Made by a program: the position numbers and the translations under genes. A DNA stretch of 64,000 nucleotides, from contig CM119270.1 of NCBI GenBank assembly GCA_051294375.1, forward strand, positions 14,146,179 through 14,210,178, in the 5' to 3' direction. Positions 25,701 through 37,700 of this stretch are shown piece after piece; positions within the stretch are counted from its first letter, which is position 1; each line of letters opens with the position of its first letter. The notes beneath the pieces were generated by a model that was not told where the DNA came from, searched no databases, and saw only the letters and a program-made list of their open reading frames with translations. Source of the stretch: Paraspadella gotoi (taxonomy: Eukaryota > Animalia > Chaetognatha).

Positions 25701-28700
25701 GAAAAGAATAGGGAGGGAAAAAGAAATGTTATGAGCAAAAAAAAAAAGAGAGATGCGACATAAAAGAAAAGAAAGAGGGAGGAAAGTAACCCGAGGGAAA
25801 AAAAAGTAGGTAAAAAATTAAAAGGGGGGAGCTACTTATACAAAAGAAAAAAGCGTAATTTCCCGGTATAGTGCAATCTGCAGACGGGTTGAGTCCATAT
25901 TATTTTTATATTATTTGCAGTGTGCAAATAATAGTATACGGATTGATTCCCTTACATTTTTCGACATTCCAAAATCGGATCTTGTTTTCATAATAGTTTG
26001 AAACAAAGTCTTTTAGATTTATTTGTTTTTTGGTATTTTAAAAGAAATACACATAACGCAATGCTGAAGTCTAAATTTTTAATGCACTAAATAAGATTAT
26101 TCTTTTATTTTTTTATAAAGTTAATTCAACTCTCTCATCAATCAAAGGCCCTTAAACCAGCAAACCCCGTCCAAATCTGCTTAGGGCAAGATAGTCTGTA
26201 TATTATTAAATAGAATGGATAATTTTTTGATTATTTGTTTTGCGGTACCATTTCATAGCAATTGAGCTTAAGAACTTCTTGAATCAATGATATACAAAAT
26301 AAGCGCACTTCACCTTTTCTAGAATATATTATACGGTGTGTGCCTATAAATGAATAAATAAGAATAAATATGCGAAAAACCAACCCTATTGAAAAATCGC
26401 CCGATTGAAAAAAAATATGAAAAAACTTTTCTAGCCGAAATGAAGATAATGGAAGTTGTGTTAACGATGCAAAAGGAGAAAGAGAGAGGAGAGAGAAGAG
26501 GGGGAGAAGAAGAGAGAGAAGAGATGAGAGGAGAGAGAGGAGAAGGAGGACGAGACGAGAGGGAGAGAAGAGAGAAGAGCAGAGAAGAGGAGGCAAGAGA
26601 TTCTGTATACAAGCGCTCACTCTGTTGTGACGTCCTGGCAAAATGTCTAATACTGCTTCGCTGGGTGTAGAGGTGGGATATACTGGTACTGGTCTTACTT
26701 CATGACTCTTGCTCTCCTTGTACTCTCCCTATATAAGGTCAACCTCATATGTGTGTGGGCTCTCTCCTTCGGTGATGCTCTCCTATTATGGACGACGAGT
26801 GAGCGAGACTATGCCTGCGCTCTGATGGCGCAGAGCCGTGCGCGTACGCTCATACTCGAAGTGATTTTCAATTATCGGACATGTAAATCGTTCGTGCGTG
26901 GATGGGATGATAATACTACCTCACTATATCATGTAGAAGGAAATGGGTATAAATAATATATATAATATATATAATAATATACTCTGTGTTCTCCTCTCAG
27001 ATGTACTCTCAATGTATTAATGAGGAGATTAATACATATATCAGACTCAACTGACTTTGGACAGGTATCTCTATTTTGGATTTTATGGTCCTCTCTGGAG
27101 GAACTCCTCAATAATAGATCATCCGAATAGCTCAAGATATCCCTATTAAGCCCGAGTCTTAAACAACAAGAGCCGGGGTGATTAACTAAATATTAAATAA
27201 TATGAATAATATACGAAGGAGTGAAGATCTTGTATTAAGAAATAGTGTAGCTATAATAGAACTCAGAGAGTACGATCGATACAAAATATAACAGGAGGAG
27301 CGATGATGACTCGCGTTTGAGACTAAATAGCTATGAAATTATAGTGGAGAGGACAAGGACATCAACGAGATTGGAGGAGTAGAAGAATGCAATTATGAAA
27401 ATCAGGAAAGCGAAATGGGTTGAAAACAAATATTCGGATTGGCATAAATCTTAAAAAATTATGCTTGATAGTGATTGAGAGCCTAAAAAGAGAGAATTTA
27501 AAGAAGTTGATAAAAGAGGTAGAGGCGAGATCTTTGATACTAGCGTCAAAGACCGACCATAGTGCAGTAATGATGGCGGTAGACTCTAAAATATCGCTCA
27601 GGTGGATAATGTTAAGTCTATTGGCTCGTGCGTAACTTACTTCCTCCCTTGTCTTCTTTCTTCTTGATTAGAAGCGACTAATGACGATAGGAAGAGGAAA
27701 TAGACATTCTCTCTATAATGCTAGAGATGCTAATTGTCATCTGATATCTCTATCAATAAATAATAACTCGAAGAATGGTAATAGAGATACGGTAAAACGG
27801 TAGAATGCATTAGAGACCTCACTTACGCATCAAACCTCCGCTTGAAGATAAATAGACAAACGACATAAGTGGAAGTATCGTCGGAAATAAATATAATCTT
27901 GCTTTAATGAGGAATGATCTCTGTACTCGATCTGGTCCTCATATGATATATTGAATATACTCTATATAAAATGTTATTAATATATGCCTCTCTTAACCTA
28001 CTAAATATCTTATGAATAACCCATTGTAATGTAGTGCAAGCAGTACTTAATCTATCTCTGTCTCATTGTCTGATATTATTAAGCGCGAGGTCTCACTCAG
28101 AGCTTATCGCTAAAATATCGCTCGATCTCTCGAGTGCAGAGAGAAGTGTTATATATTCTACATTTGAAATAGATTAAACAGTAAGATGAGTATATTGAGT
28201 GATCAGATGCGTCTACTCAATACGTCTCTCTTTTCTCTCCCCCTCCATCTCTCGCTCAATAGCCCCGTAATATTCAACGGCCTTGGGTATTGCTCGAGTA
28301 TATACGGTAAATGATCTTTTTTGTCGTTAGCAAAGTCATTCATCTTTAAAATCACCTAATCGTTCCGATGAATAAACGATATCATAAATATCAATAAATA
28401 ATAATATTTAACCGTTTTCTGCTTTTATGAATTTAAACATCTGTCGTAATACATCCGCTTTCATTTATAATACACTTTAACAAGAATCACCCTCGGAAGA
28501 CACTCTCCGAATGTATCATAATCGCAGATAGAGTCGTTTCTCATCATATTCAATATATAAGGAGCCATATATAGTTATATACTTAAATAAGATAATCATA
28601 AATAGCAGACAAGTTAAAAAAAATTATAACATTTTTCGAAAGCATTTTTAAATTGAGTTTGTAGCGGGCATTGTCCGGGTTTACATACCGTTGTTTATTG

Positions 28701-30010
28701 GCCCGACTGTGTAATGCACAGTCACGCCAATAGGCTAAGTTTCTCCTATCGTGGCCTGGTGGCTCGTTGCGTAAATCCGTCAGCTCATGACCACTATGAA
28801 CTCGAGTACAATCCCAAACCCATACCTGCCCTCAGGGGCGGCGAGAGGGGGGGTTTTATTCGTCTCAGGTGAAGGGCCCGGGATGGCCCTGAGAAGAGAG
28901 AAAAAAATGAAAAAAGAAGAAAAAAAAAAAGAAAAGAAGAAGAAAAAAATAATGGAAAATTTTTATATTGGGTGTACCTATTTCTTAAAATTCATCTCCT
29001 TGTATTTAGATGCTGGGCGGAGTACAATATAGAATTCCGCGATCTAATACTTAATGGAGTGGTCTTTTCATACAATTGAAACATTCTTTGAAATATTTTC
29101 CACTTCATTGATAGGGAAGCCAGGTACTCTGGGAAAGCTTGCAGGAACCCACTATGTCATTATTTTGTAAGAGTGATGGAGGCCTTAAACCACCAAAGCC
29201 TGTCCAAAGTCAGGGGCAAGATAGCTTATTTATTAAATGAATGGATAATTTTTATATTGGTTGTACCAATTTCATAAAAAAGAAGAAAAAAAAAGAAGAA
29301 AAATGATAAATTAAAGGAATTGAGTGATTATGAAATGCCAAGTTGCAAGTCCTAGAGGCAGAAGTTTGAGCACTGGAGCAATTTTCATGGCAGAAAGTCG
29401 GTAATCGAAAACTAAATTATGGAGAGCGGGTGTGGGGGCGCGAAATGGTGGAGAGAGGAAGGACCAGGGCGTTTAAACTTTTTTTAGATAATCAGGCAGT
29501 GTGGGGGGTGGGGGCGGCGAGGAGGCTAGTGGGGGGCCCGCCATTTCTCTCGCCGCCCCTGCCTGCCCTAAGGGAAGACATCAATGCCCGCTACAAGTTG
29601 ACCGACGTAAAATTTTGGAGGTTAGGTATGTACGTAGTAAATTCTTTCTTTCTTAGAATTCAAAGAAGTATGCCATATAAAACCAATATCATACTGTCGG
29701 AGCAGATCCGACTTGAAAGAACACATTGTCAAAGAAAACGTTTAAAAAAGTTTTAAAAGTATTACTTCTTTCGCCTCTAAAAACTACCTTTGATATCCGA
29801 TCGCATGAACGGAACACCGAATCAATACAGCACTTATCTTTATTTGTTATTGTTATGTTTGCTAATTCTTTATTTTCCCCCTTCCCTCCCTCTTTCAAAC
29901 CCTCGTGCCTCCTAAAACTTTTCCATCTTGTCGCTTCCCACCTTCTCCTCCGAAACCCCTTCCTTCCACGCCCACCATCTCCAACGCCCCGTGCCCAACT
30001 CCTCCTTCAG

Positions 30011-32085
30011 CGAAACCCGGCGTCGGCGACGACCCCGGCGTCGTGCCATCGGAGGTCGCTACGGTACCCCCGCTTCCGGTTCGCGTCGTCGAGGAGGTCG
30101 GCGCCCAGACGCGCGGCGCCAAGGGGACGGCCGGCGCGGTTTGCGGCGTCGGCGGGCCGAGCGCAGCCGGCGCCGTCGCTGCCGTCCCCGTCGCCGGTAA
30201 AAAGAGCCCCACAAAGAAGAGCATTTTGAAGAAGGAGGCGGCGCTGCACAAGGAGGAGACGGAGAAGCTGCTCGTCGACGCGACCGAGGTCGAACCCGTC
30301 GTCCAGATCGCGGGGCCGAAGCAGCAGCAACAGCAGCATCAACAACGGCAGCAGCCGAAACATTTCCCGCCCAAACAACCGCAGCGACAACTTCCAGAGC
30401 CTATGCAACAAATTCCCGACGCGCATCGATCCGTCGATCCCCGACAACAGCATCCTTACCTCCAGCATTCCCCAGCCGCGCCCCCTCAACACCATTCCCC
30501 GGCGGCCGCCCCTTCTCAGCAGCAACAGCAGCAACAACGCTATCCCCATCATCATCACCCTCCTCTTCCCTCCGCTCCCCATCATCATCATCATCATCAC
30601 CATCACCATCCCCATCATCCTCGCGCCCCCCGTCCCCCGTCCACCGAGGCGCCCCCACCTCCCGCTCCCCCTCCCCCTCCGCACTCTTCCTCCTCCTCCT
30701 CTTCCTCCTCCAAACCTCTCGAAGAGCCGGAGTCTCCCATCTCAGCAATAAAGGAAATGAAGAAGCTCATCAAAAACAAGTTGGAGGACGGCGAGGCATC
30801 CTCGACGAGCCGCTCGGGGACCCAGCCGACGACGGGCCTCGACGACAGCGGCGGCGAATCCGGCGCCGAATCTGGCATCGGCGACGCCGCGCCGTGGGAC
30901 GCTGGCGGCGTCGTCGCCAATTCGGTCGTCGTCGAAACGCCGCCCCCGCCGCATCACTCCTGCGGCGCGGGGCACGCGCCACTCCAGCAGCATCAGCAGC
31001 AATCTCCTTACCACCACCACCATCACCACCACCAACAGCCTCTCTGCGGCCACACCCACCACCACTCCTCCGTCAACGACGATTCGGCGGTGGTGGAGGA
31101 CGGCGACGACTCAATCGTCGGGGTCGCGTCGCAATGCGTCAGTCCCGTGCGAAGCGCGCGACACGCTCAGGGGTGCCACGTCGTCGGGCCGGCGTGTCAC
31201 GCTCCCGGGTGTCAAGCGTGTCAGACTTGTCACGCCGAATGCTGCGCGGAGATGGACCGGGCGAATCAGCATCAACATCATCGCCACGCTGGTTCGTGCC
31301 ACGTTGCCACGTGCCTCGTGGGTCAAGTCGGCCACGGCGATGGATGCGCCTCCTCCGTTCAGTGCTACTCGTCGCTGCCTACGCCGAGAAGGGCGTCGAT
31401 GTTCGACGTCAACGGCGGCGGCGGCGGCGGCGGCGACAGCGGCCCAGTGACTTCGCCCAAATCCAACGACGCTTCCCTCAAATCGCCGGATTTTTCCGCC
31501 GTTCGCCGACGCAGCGGCGGCGTCGGCTGCGTCGAGGGCCGACCCGGCGGCGAATACCGCCGAAGCACCGGCGGCGCCAGCAGCGTCGGCGGTAGCGGCG
31601 GCAGCGGCTACTTCGGCAGCGGCGCCGGCGTCGACAGCAGCGACGAGGATGACGACGACGAGGATGACGACGATGCCGAGGACGACGAGGATGACGACGA
31701 CGCAGACCGCGCCGACGTTCACGACTCCTCGTTGTCGCCGCTGAGAAATATGGCGCTGCTCAAATCCATTCCATTCATAGACTCTGGCGACTCCAACGGA
31801 GATTCGCCGCCCAACTCCGCCGCCGCCGCCGCCTCCAACGCCGACGTCGCCGGCCAGGCGCCGCTCGACTCTTCCGCCGGCGCCGGGAAGCGCGTCGCCG
31901 ACTTTTTCGCCGTCGTCGTCGACGACGACGACACGAAACGATCGTGCCAACAACATAAACAACAACATCCACAACAACAACAACAACCACAAAGACAACT
32001 CCAGCAACCACTGCAACCACAATCATCGCGCAATGACAATAATGTGAATGCGTTTTATGCTACCGAGCGTTCTTGCTTATCCTAA
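30011..32085 (+). CDS. Large terminal exon (Gln/His/Pro/Gly/Asp-rich), probably the distal C-terminus of the Kv2 channel
   Basis: 726-aa GC-rich ORF 29905-32085 with the same compositional style as the Kv2 exons. Acceptor ccttcag at 30010 gives phase 1, matching the donor after 18507. The link spans an 11.5-kb intron with gaps, so it is inferred. Confidence 0.6.
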
Positions 32086-33841
32086 CGTATGCTGTTCACT
32101 TTGACAAAAAAAAAAACAAAAAAAAAAATTTAACCACGACCAAACTAGTATTGCATTACAATTAAAGCGGAAATACAATTAAATAAAGCTTGCAATAAAT
32201 ATAACGGATCCTTTTCATGTTTTTCCCAGTCTCGATTTATTTTTGGAAGGAAATGGGGAGTGACAGCGAGAAATCGTTGTGAAATAGTTCCAACTTTAGT
32301 AAGTAACTTAAGTAAAAAGAACAGCTTAATTGTCTTCCCTGTCCAATAGGAAAGATAGGCAGATAGAGAGACAAGGAGAGAGAGAGAAACAACAACCAAA
32401 GATCCAAATCTTTCCTGTTGAGCGCGAGCTTGAATTCATTTGATACAGTGACTTCAGGGTAACGAAAAAATCATAAACAGAAAGTTCGAAGAAGTTGAAC
32501 CTGAAAGTTTTTACTCTTCTTCCTGAGTCTCGAAAGCAAACCAGTAATTAACGGGAAAAACGACCATTTTTAAAATTATCGTGTACAGCAGTTTAAAAAA
32601 AAATCGTCAAATAAAAACCAGCATAAATGTGAATTCAATTCATTCGTTTTCGCGTCGTTGATCAATTAATGATAACAGATTCGGAGATACTAATCGACGA
32701 AGTTTACTCATTTCCAAATTTAGAGAAGAACGACGTCAAGAACAAACGTTTAAAATTAAAAATAATAATTGTTTAAATATCTTCGAACAACTTTTATTAA
32801 AAGTAATATATCTTTTTTGGTTACTTGCACCAACGAAAGAATGATAGCTCGGTTATAACAACAGTTATTATCACTAATAGATCTTTTATCATAACGAACA
32901 AGTCTTTCATAACCGCTAATATATCTTTTATTATCAGTAACGTATCATTGAATAAGATCAATCTGAGGCGGCCTGTCTTGAAGAGCTTAATAATTTTCTG
33001 TCTGAGAGAAAAAACGCAAAATATCCTCTTCAAACTAGAATGTCTATTCTCTCAAAATAGCATTAAAAATAATATAATAATACAAAATAAAGGGAAAGGT
33101 CATGTCCGGACTGAACCCGACAACTACAACAATGACATCAACTCATAAAAGGCATGCCCGGACCGAAACCGACAATGTTTTGACGCAATATCAACAAAAA
33201 TTACATCTCGCGTAGAGACTATGATAACAACAAAGGCAATGATAAAAGAGCCGACGAAGGAAAAGTTAGTTTGTAAACGGCATCTTCAAATCGATAATTT
33301 TTATATTCGTTATATTAATTTTATAACATTGAATAAAAGTATTATTAAATGCATAATTCATATTGGTAGTAAAAATTTCATACCTTTCAATTTTAAAGAC
33401 GTTTAACGTTAAAGATTTTGGCTTACATTGCAGTTCTGTTGTTTTCAAATTAATTTTTGTATAATTCGACGTATGTGCTGACCTCTCGTAAACAAAAGAT
33501 TACGGCTCTTATTTTTAAAAATTATAAAGCGAACGGGTCACGATGCCCCTCTCTCAATCTCGACACTCGTTTGTCACCAAGAAGAAACCAAGAAACAAAA
33601 TAATTTACGACTAATTATGAAATGTAATACGAGAAACGTTTTTAGCATAACACAAACATAACCTTTTGTAAATATAGATCGGTTCAATCTTATTTTCTAA
33701 TAGTAGTAGTTAGTAACTACTATTGTATCTATGCAACTGCTAGTTAAAAATTGTTTGAAAAAAGAGCTTTAATCGTTTTAACAGTAAACGTAAATAGATA
33801 ATTTTGATAATTTTGATTATTTAAAAGAACCCTTCAAATGG

Positions 33842-33930
<89 letters not shown>

Positions 33931-33953
33931 TTCGTCTTATGCATTTCTCAGAA

Positions 33954-34037
<84 letters not shown>

Positions 34038-34229
34038 ATATTTGAAACTGAAGACCGTTCTTGTTATGTTGTTTGTTTCGCCATTTCAAAAAATAAGGCT
34101 CAACCGACTTCGTCCATTTATAGTTGTGCCCCGAGTACTCTACTTTCAAATGCACATTTTTTGTTTTTTACTAAAACTTAAGAGAAAAACAATTTTTATT
34201 TGTTTTGACAACGAATTTTAATGACAGTT

Positions 34230-34278
34230 TTTGACAGACATGTTTCGACTCTGCATTTTTAGAGTCTTCATCTAAAAC
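34230..34278 (-). ncRNA. Degenerate copy of the same minimal hammerhead motif
   Basis: Minus strand reads tAGATGA-a-gactct aaaaatgc agagtc-GAAA-catgTC. Stem II is perfect, but CUGAUGA is mutated to UAGAUGA. Confidence 0.5.
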
Positions 34279-34717
34279 TTACAAATATTAGAAAACGTAT
34301 AATATTAGTAGTATATATACAAGGGATGTGACGGCTAAATCACTGAGACCACGCCTGCCGCGGAATCAAAAACTCATACATTCAGAGGGCGTAATCAATG
34401 TTAAAATGCTATATATTTTTAATACCAAAATGAAGGAATTATTATTAAATTTTGGCTCATAAGGTGAATGGTCGTGGGCAGTGGCGACATGCTTGCGAAA
34501 ACTAGTTAAATGAATTTTTTAAACAAATTCTCATTTTCAAGATCATCGCAACGAACAATGAAAACTTTCCACCGAATTAAAAATACTTCGCAACTTGAAT
34601 TATAGAAAACCAGGATGTCCTCCCACCACTCGAAAATACATAAGAAAAACCATTTATACCAACATTAAACGAAACCGTCCGTCGGACCTCTGGCCCTGAT
34701 CCAGCCGCTCTCCCGCC

Positions 34718-37700
34718 ATGGCGCAAAGAGCCAACAGCGACGAGGAGGCCGAGCTTCGTTTCCTGCGTCTCATCCGCTTCGTGCTGTCGGAGGGACCGCC
34801 GGCGTTGCACGCCGATTTCGAACGCTATTTGCGTCAAGAGAACAAGAGTCTGGTCGAGTATCTCGCCGAACACAAGGAGACAATCGAGGCTAAACGCAAG
34901 ACTGAAACCAACAAGTCCGGATGCCTCTTTCCGCAGCAGTACGAACTGCTCTACCCCCCTCAAGGTTCCCCGCCAGAAATAAGCGGGTTCGACATCACAC
35001 TCATGGGTTTTCTCTATCAAAACGTCCGCTGCAAGGAGAACCCAAATGAAGCACCGACCAACAATGCCTGGAACCGGTTACCCAAAGACATGTCAATGAC
35101 TAAAGGGGATGATGTTGTTAGGGTGAGAACGGTTAGAAACGAGTTGGGACACTCGGGGAACTTTGGAAAAACTCAGCATGAATATGAGACGCTGTGGAAG
35201 ACGGTGGAGGACGCGCTGCTCCGTCTCTACGGAAGCGACGCGCCCGCCGGACTGAAGAAGCGATTTAAGCGAATCAAAAGCGAAGCCTTCGACGAGAGAA
35301 GTATCAAGATGCTGAGGGATACAATAACCGAGCAAGCTGAACAGGATGCCATCAACATGGAAAGCATTCATACGCAGCTGATGGATATCAAAGATGAAAT
35401 CAGCAAAATTGCAAGTGAGCGTTGATTGTCGATTCGTCATAAAATAAAAATCACATCAAAATCACATCACAAAATGACATCCTAATTTAATTACAATTTA
35501 ATTCTATTTTATGGTGAACTAAAATCCACCAACCGTTCATCAGCGGCCATTGGTGCAGGAGGCAAGTCATTAGCCTCCCAACCCAAAAGTACGGGGTTCT
35601 AGCCCGGTGGTCGCCTAGCAGTTTAGAGGTTCTGTCACTAAAACATAACAATAATTACTGTCTCTTCAATTTCATATAAAATAAAATAGAACATCATCAC
35701 GATTTTTCCACAGAACAACCTCGACATCATGTTGTATTCAACGTCTTCAACAACATCCAAGCGAGCATGAATGAAGACAATTATGATATTACAGGTAGGG
35801 ACCGTAGATTAACACGAATGATACAATATAAACTTTATCCTTCCTTACTAAATATCTAAATCTGGTTATGATTAATTTTATCATTTATTATGAATAAATT
35901 TAAAGGGAAAAATGTTTAAAAAAGGCCCATGAGATAAAGAATTCAAATACGGTCTAATCAATACTAAATGCAAAATCAAACAATATAAAATTACTTATGA
36001 AAAAAAATTTGTACTTCATTTATATTTATGTTTTTAAAACTTAAGGAATCTTATCCGGTAAAAACTGGTAAAGATTCGTTTTGAGTCATTCGCAACTGAA
36101 CATAGATTTTGCATATTTTAGAATTTTATAAAAGTTTATATACTGATTAGAAAAAGCTTTTCAACATAATTTATTATAAAACTTGCTTTAAACCTTATGT
36201 GTAAGACGATGCCACGAGTACATAAGTAACCCGGACATCCTGATGAGTTAGATGCCCGTCATACTTCTGTGAATCAGCGGGATTTAGATGAATGCTGACG
36301 GACGAGTTTTGGGATTACGATATACTAAGAGCAAACGCCTCAAAGATTTACTTAAATTATTAAAAAGAAAACATATTTAATATTTAGGTTCGTGCAATCT
36401 GCAGTCAAGCGTCATCAAAAAGGAATCATTACAAATACATGAATCAATCAAAGAAACGATCAACAACATCTTGCAATCAGCGACAAAAACTAATGGAGTA
36501 CTAATGTTGGAGCACCTGAACAACAGATTCGATGACATTACACAGGGCGAGCATCCTCAAAAGGAAAGAGAATGTTTTAGTTATTACGCTGAGTGTTCTC
36601 TTCTCAAATTTTTAAAACAATATCCCACTCTATTTTCATTGATAAAGAAAAAGGTTCACGGAAAGGAAAGAATTCTAGTTTCCATGGCAGATAATTCGTT
36701 GACAGATCCATATGCTGAACAATTAAAACCAAAGAGAAAACAAAATATTTCAACAATTAGGAAAAAGAAACCCACCAAGTTACTACCAGCAATATCAAAT
36801 ATTCCACCATCTCTAAATTCTGCCATCACACCTATCTCTCAACCTCCTGAACCGATAACTCCGAATTCTGATGAGATAAGATACATAGACGATATTTTAA
36901 AATCTCCATTAAGTTTCAATTTAGACATCGTCTCCATTTGGAACATTCCAAACAGGCATTCAGCGTATTGCTTAAGAATAAAAACTATATCTGACAGTAA
37001 TGATTTCAATATTGATTTGTTTAAAAAAAATTTAGAATCAATTTCCAATTGTTTTAACTATGTCCCACTGTATGAAATAGGTATAGAAGGAAGAAATGAA
37101 ATTGTGTTAAAGATATTATTATCTGAATCATTTGGGGAGCCATGTTTGGTTGTTGTTGATGAAGATGACGGCAAGATCAAAATTAAGCGAAATGAATTGT
37201 ATCAATACATTCATAATCAAGCGACATGCATTGAACCTACTCATCCAGATTTTAAAGACATTTTTCAGTGGTTTTCATATAAGCCTGTGTCTATATTTGA
37301 TGATATTGATGATCCAGATTTTGGAAAAGAGGCTGATAATTTCTTTCAAAAAATTAACAACTTCAAGACTGGAAATGCCCAAGGCCATTATGCTTTAATA
37401 CTAGGACGACAAGATCCTTCAAAAAAATATTTATATGAAGTTCTTTTGCGGGTGCCATGGTTAATCATATTTGATTTTGATATTGATTCAACGAATCAAG
37501 GGGTGCAATCTGTTGCTCATGAACACCGAGTAAATGCCGTTTTTACGAATACATACAAGAAATTTCCAATCAGCGTGAAGGACAATGTGACTCTCTGGTG
37601 TCTTGCTCGAGGCATAAAAGGTGAAGAGAGTGTTGCCCCTGGAACATCTAAAGAATGGTGGTCAAGGGTTGAAGATGGGATTATGAAATACATTAAGGAT

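Noticed and set aside
31111-32022. Long antisense ORFs over the 30-32 kb exon (also over 54.4-55.1 kb)
   Set aside because: Shadow frames of GC-rich triplet-repeat coding sequence.
35543-35615. Functional tRNA-Gly gene
   Set aside because: The anticodon stem pairs poorly and the T-loop is altered; better treated as a SINE head or pseudogene.
36238-36310. CTGATGAG suggesting a third hammerhead
   Set aside because: No stem II followed by GAAA.
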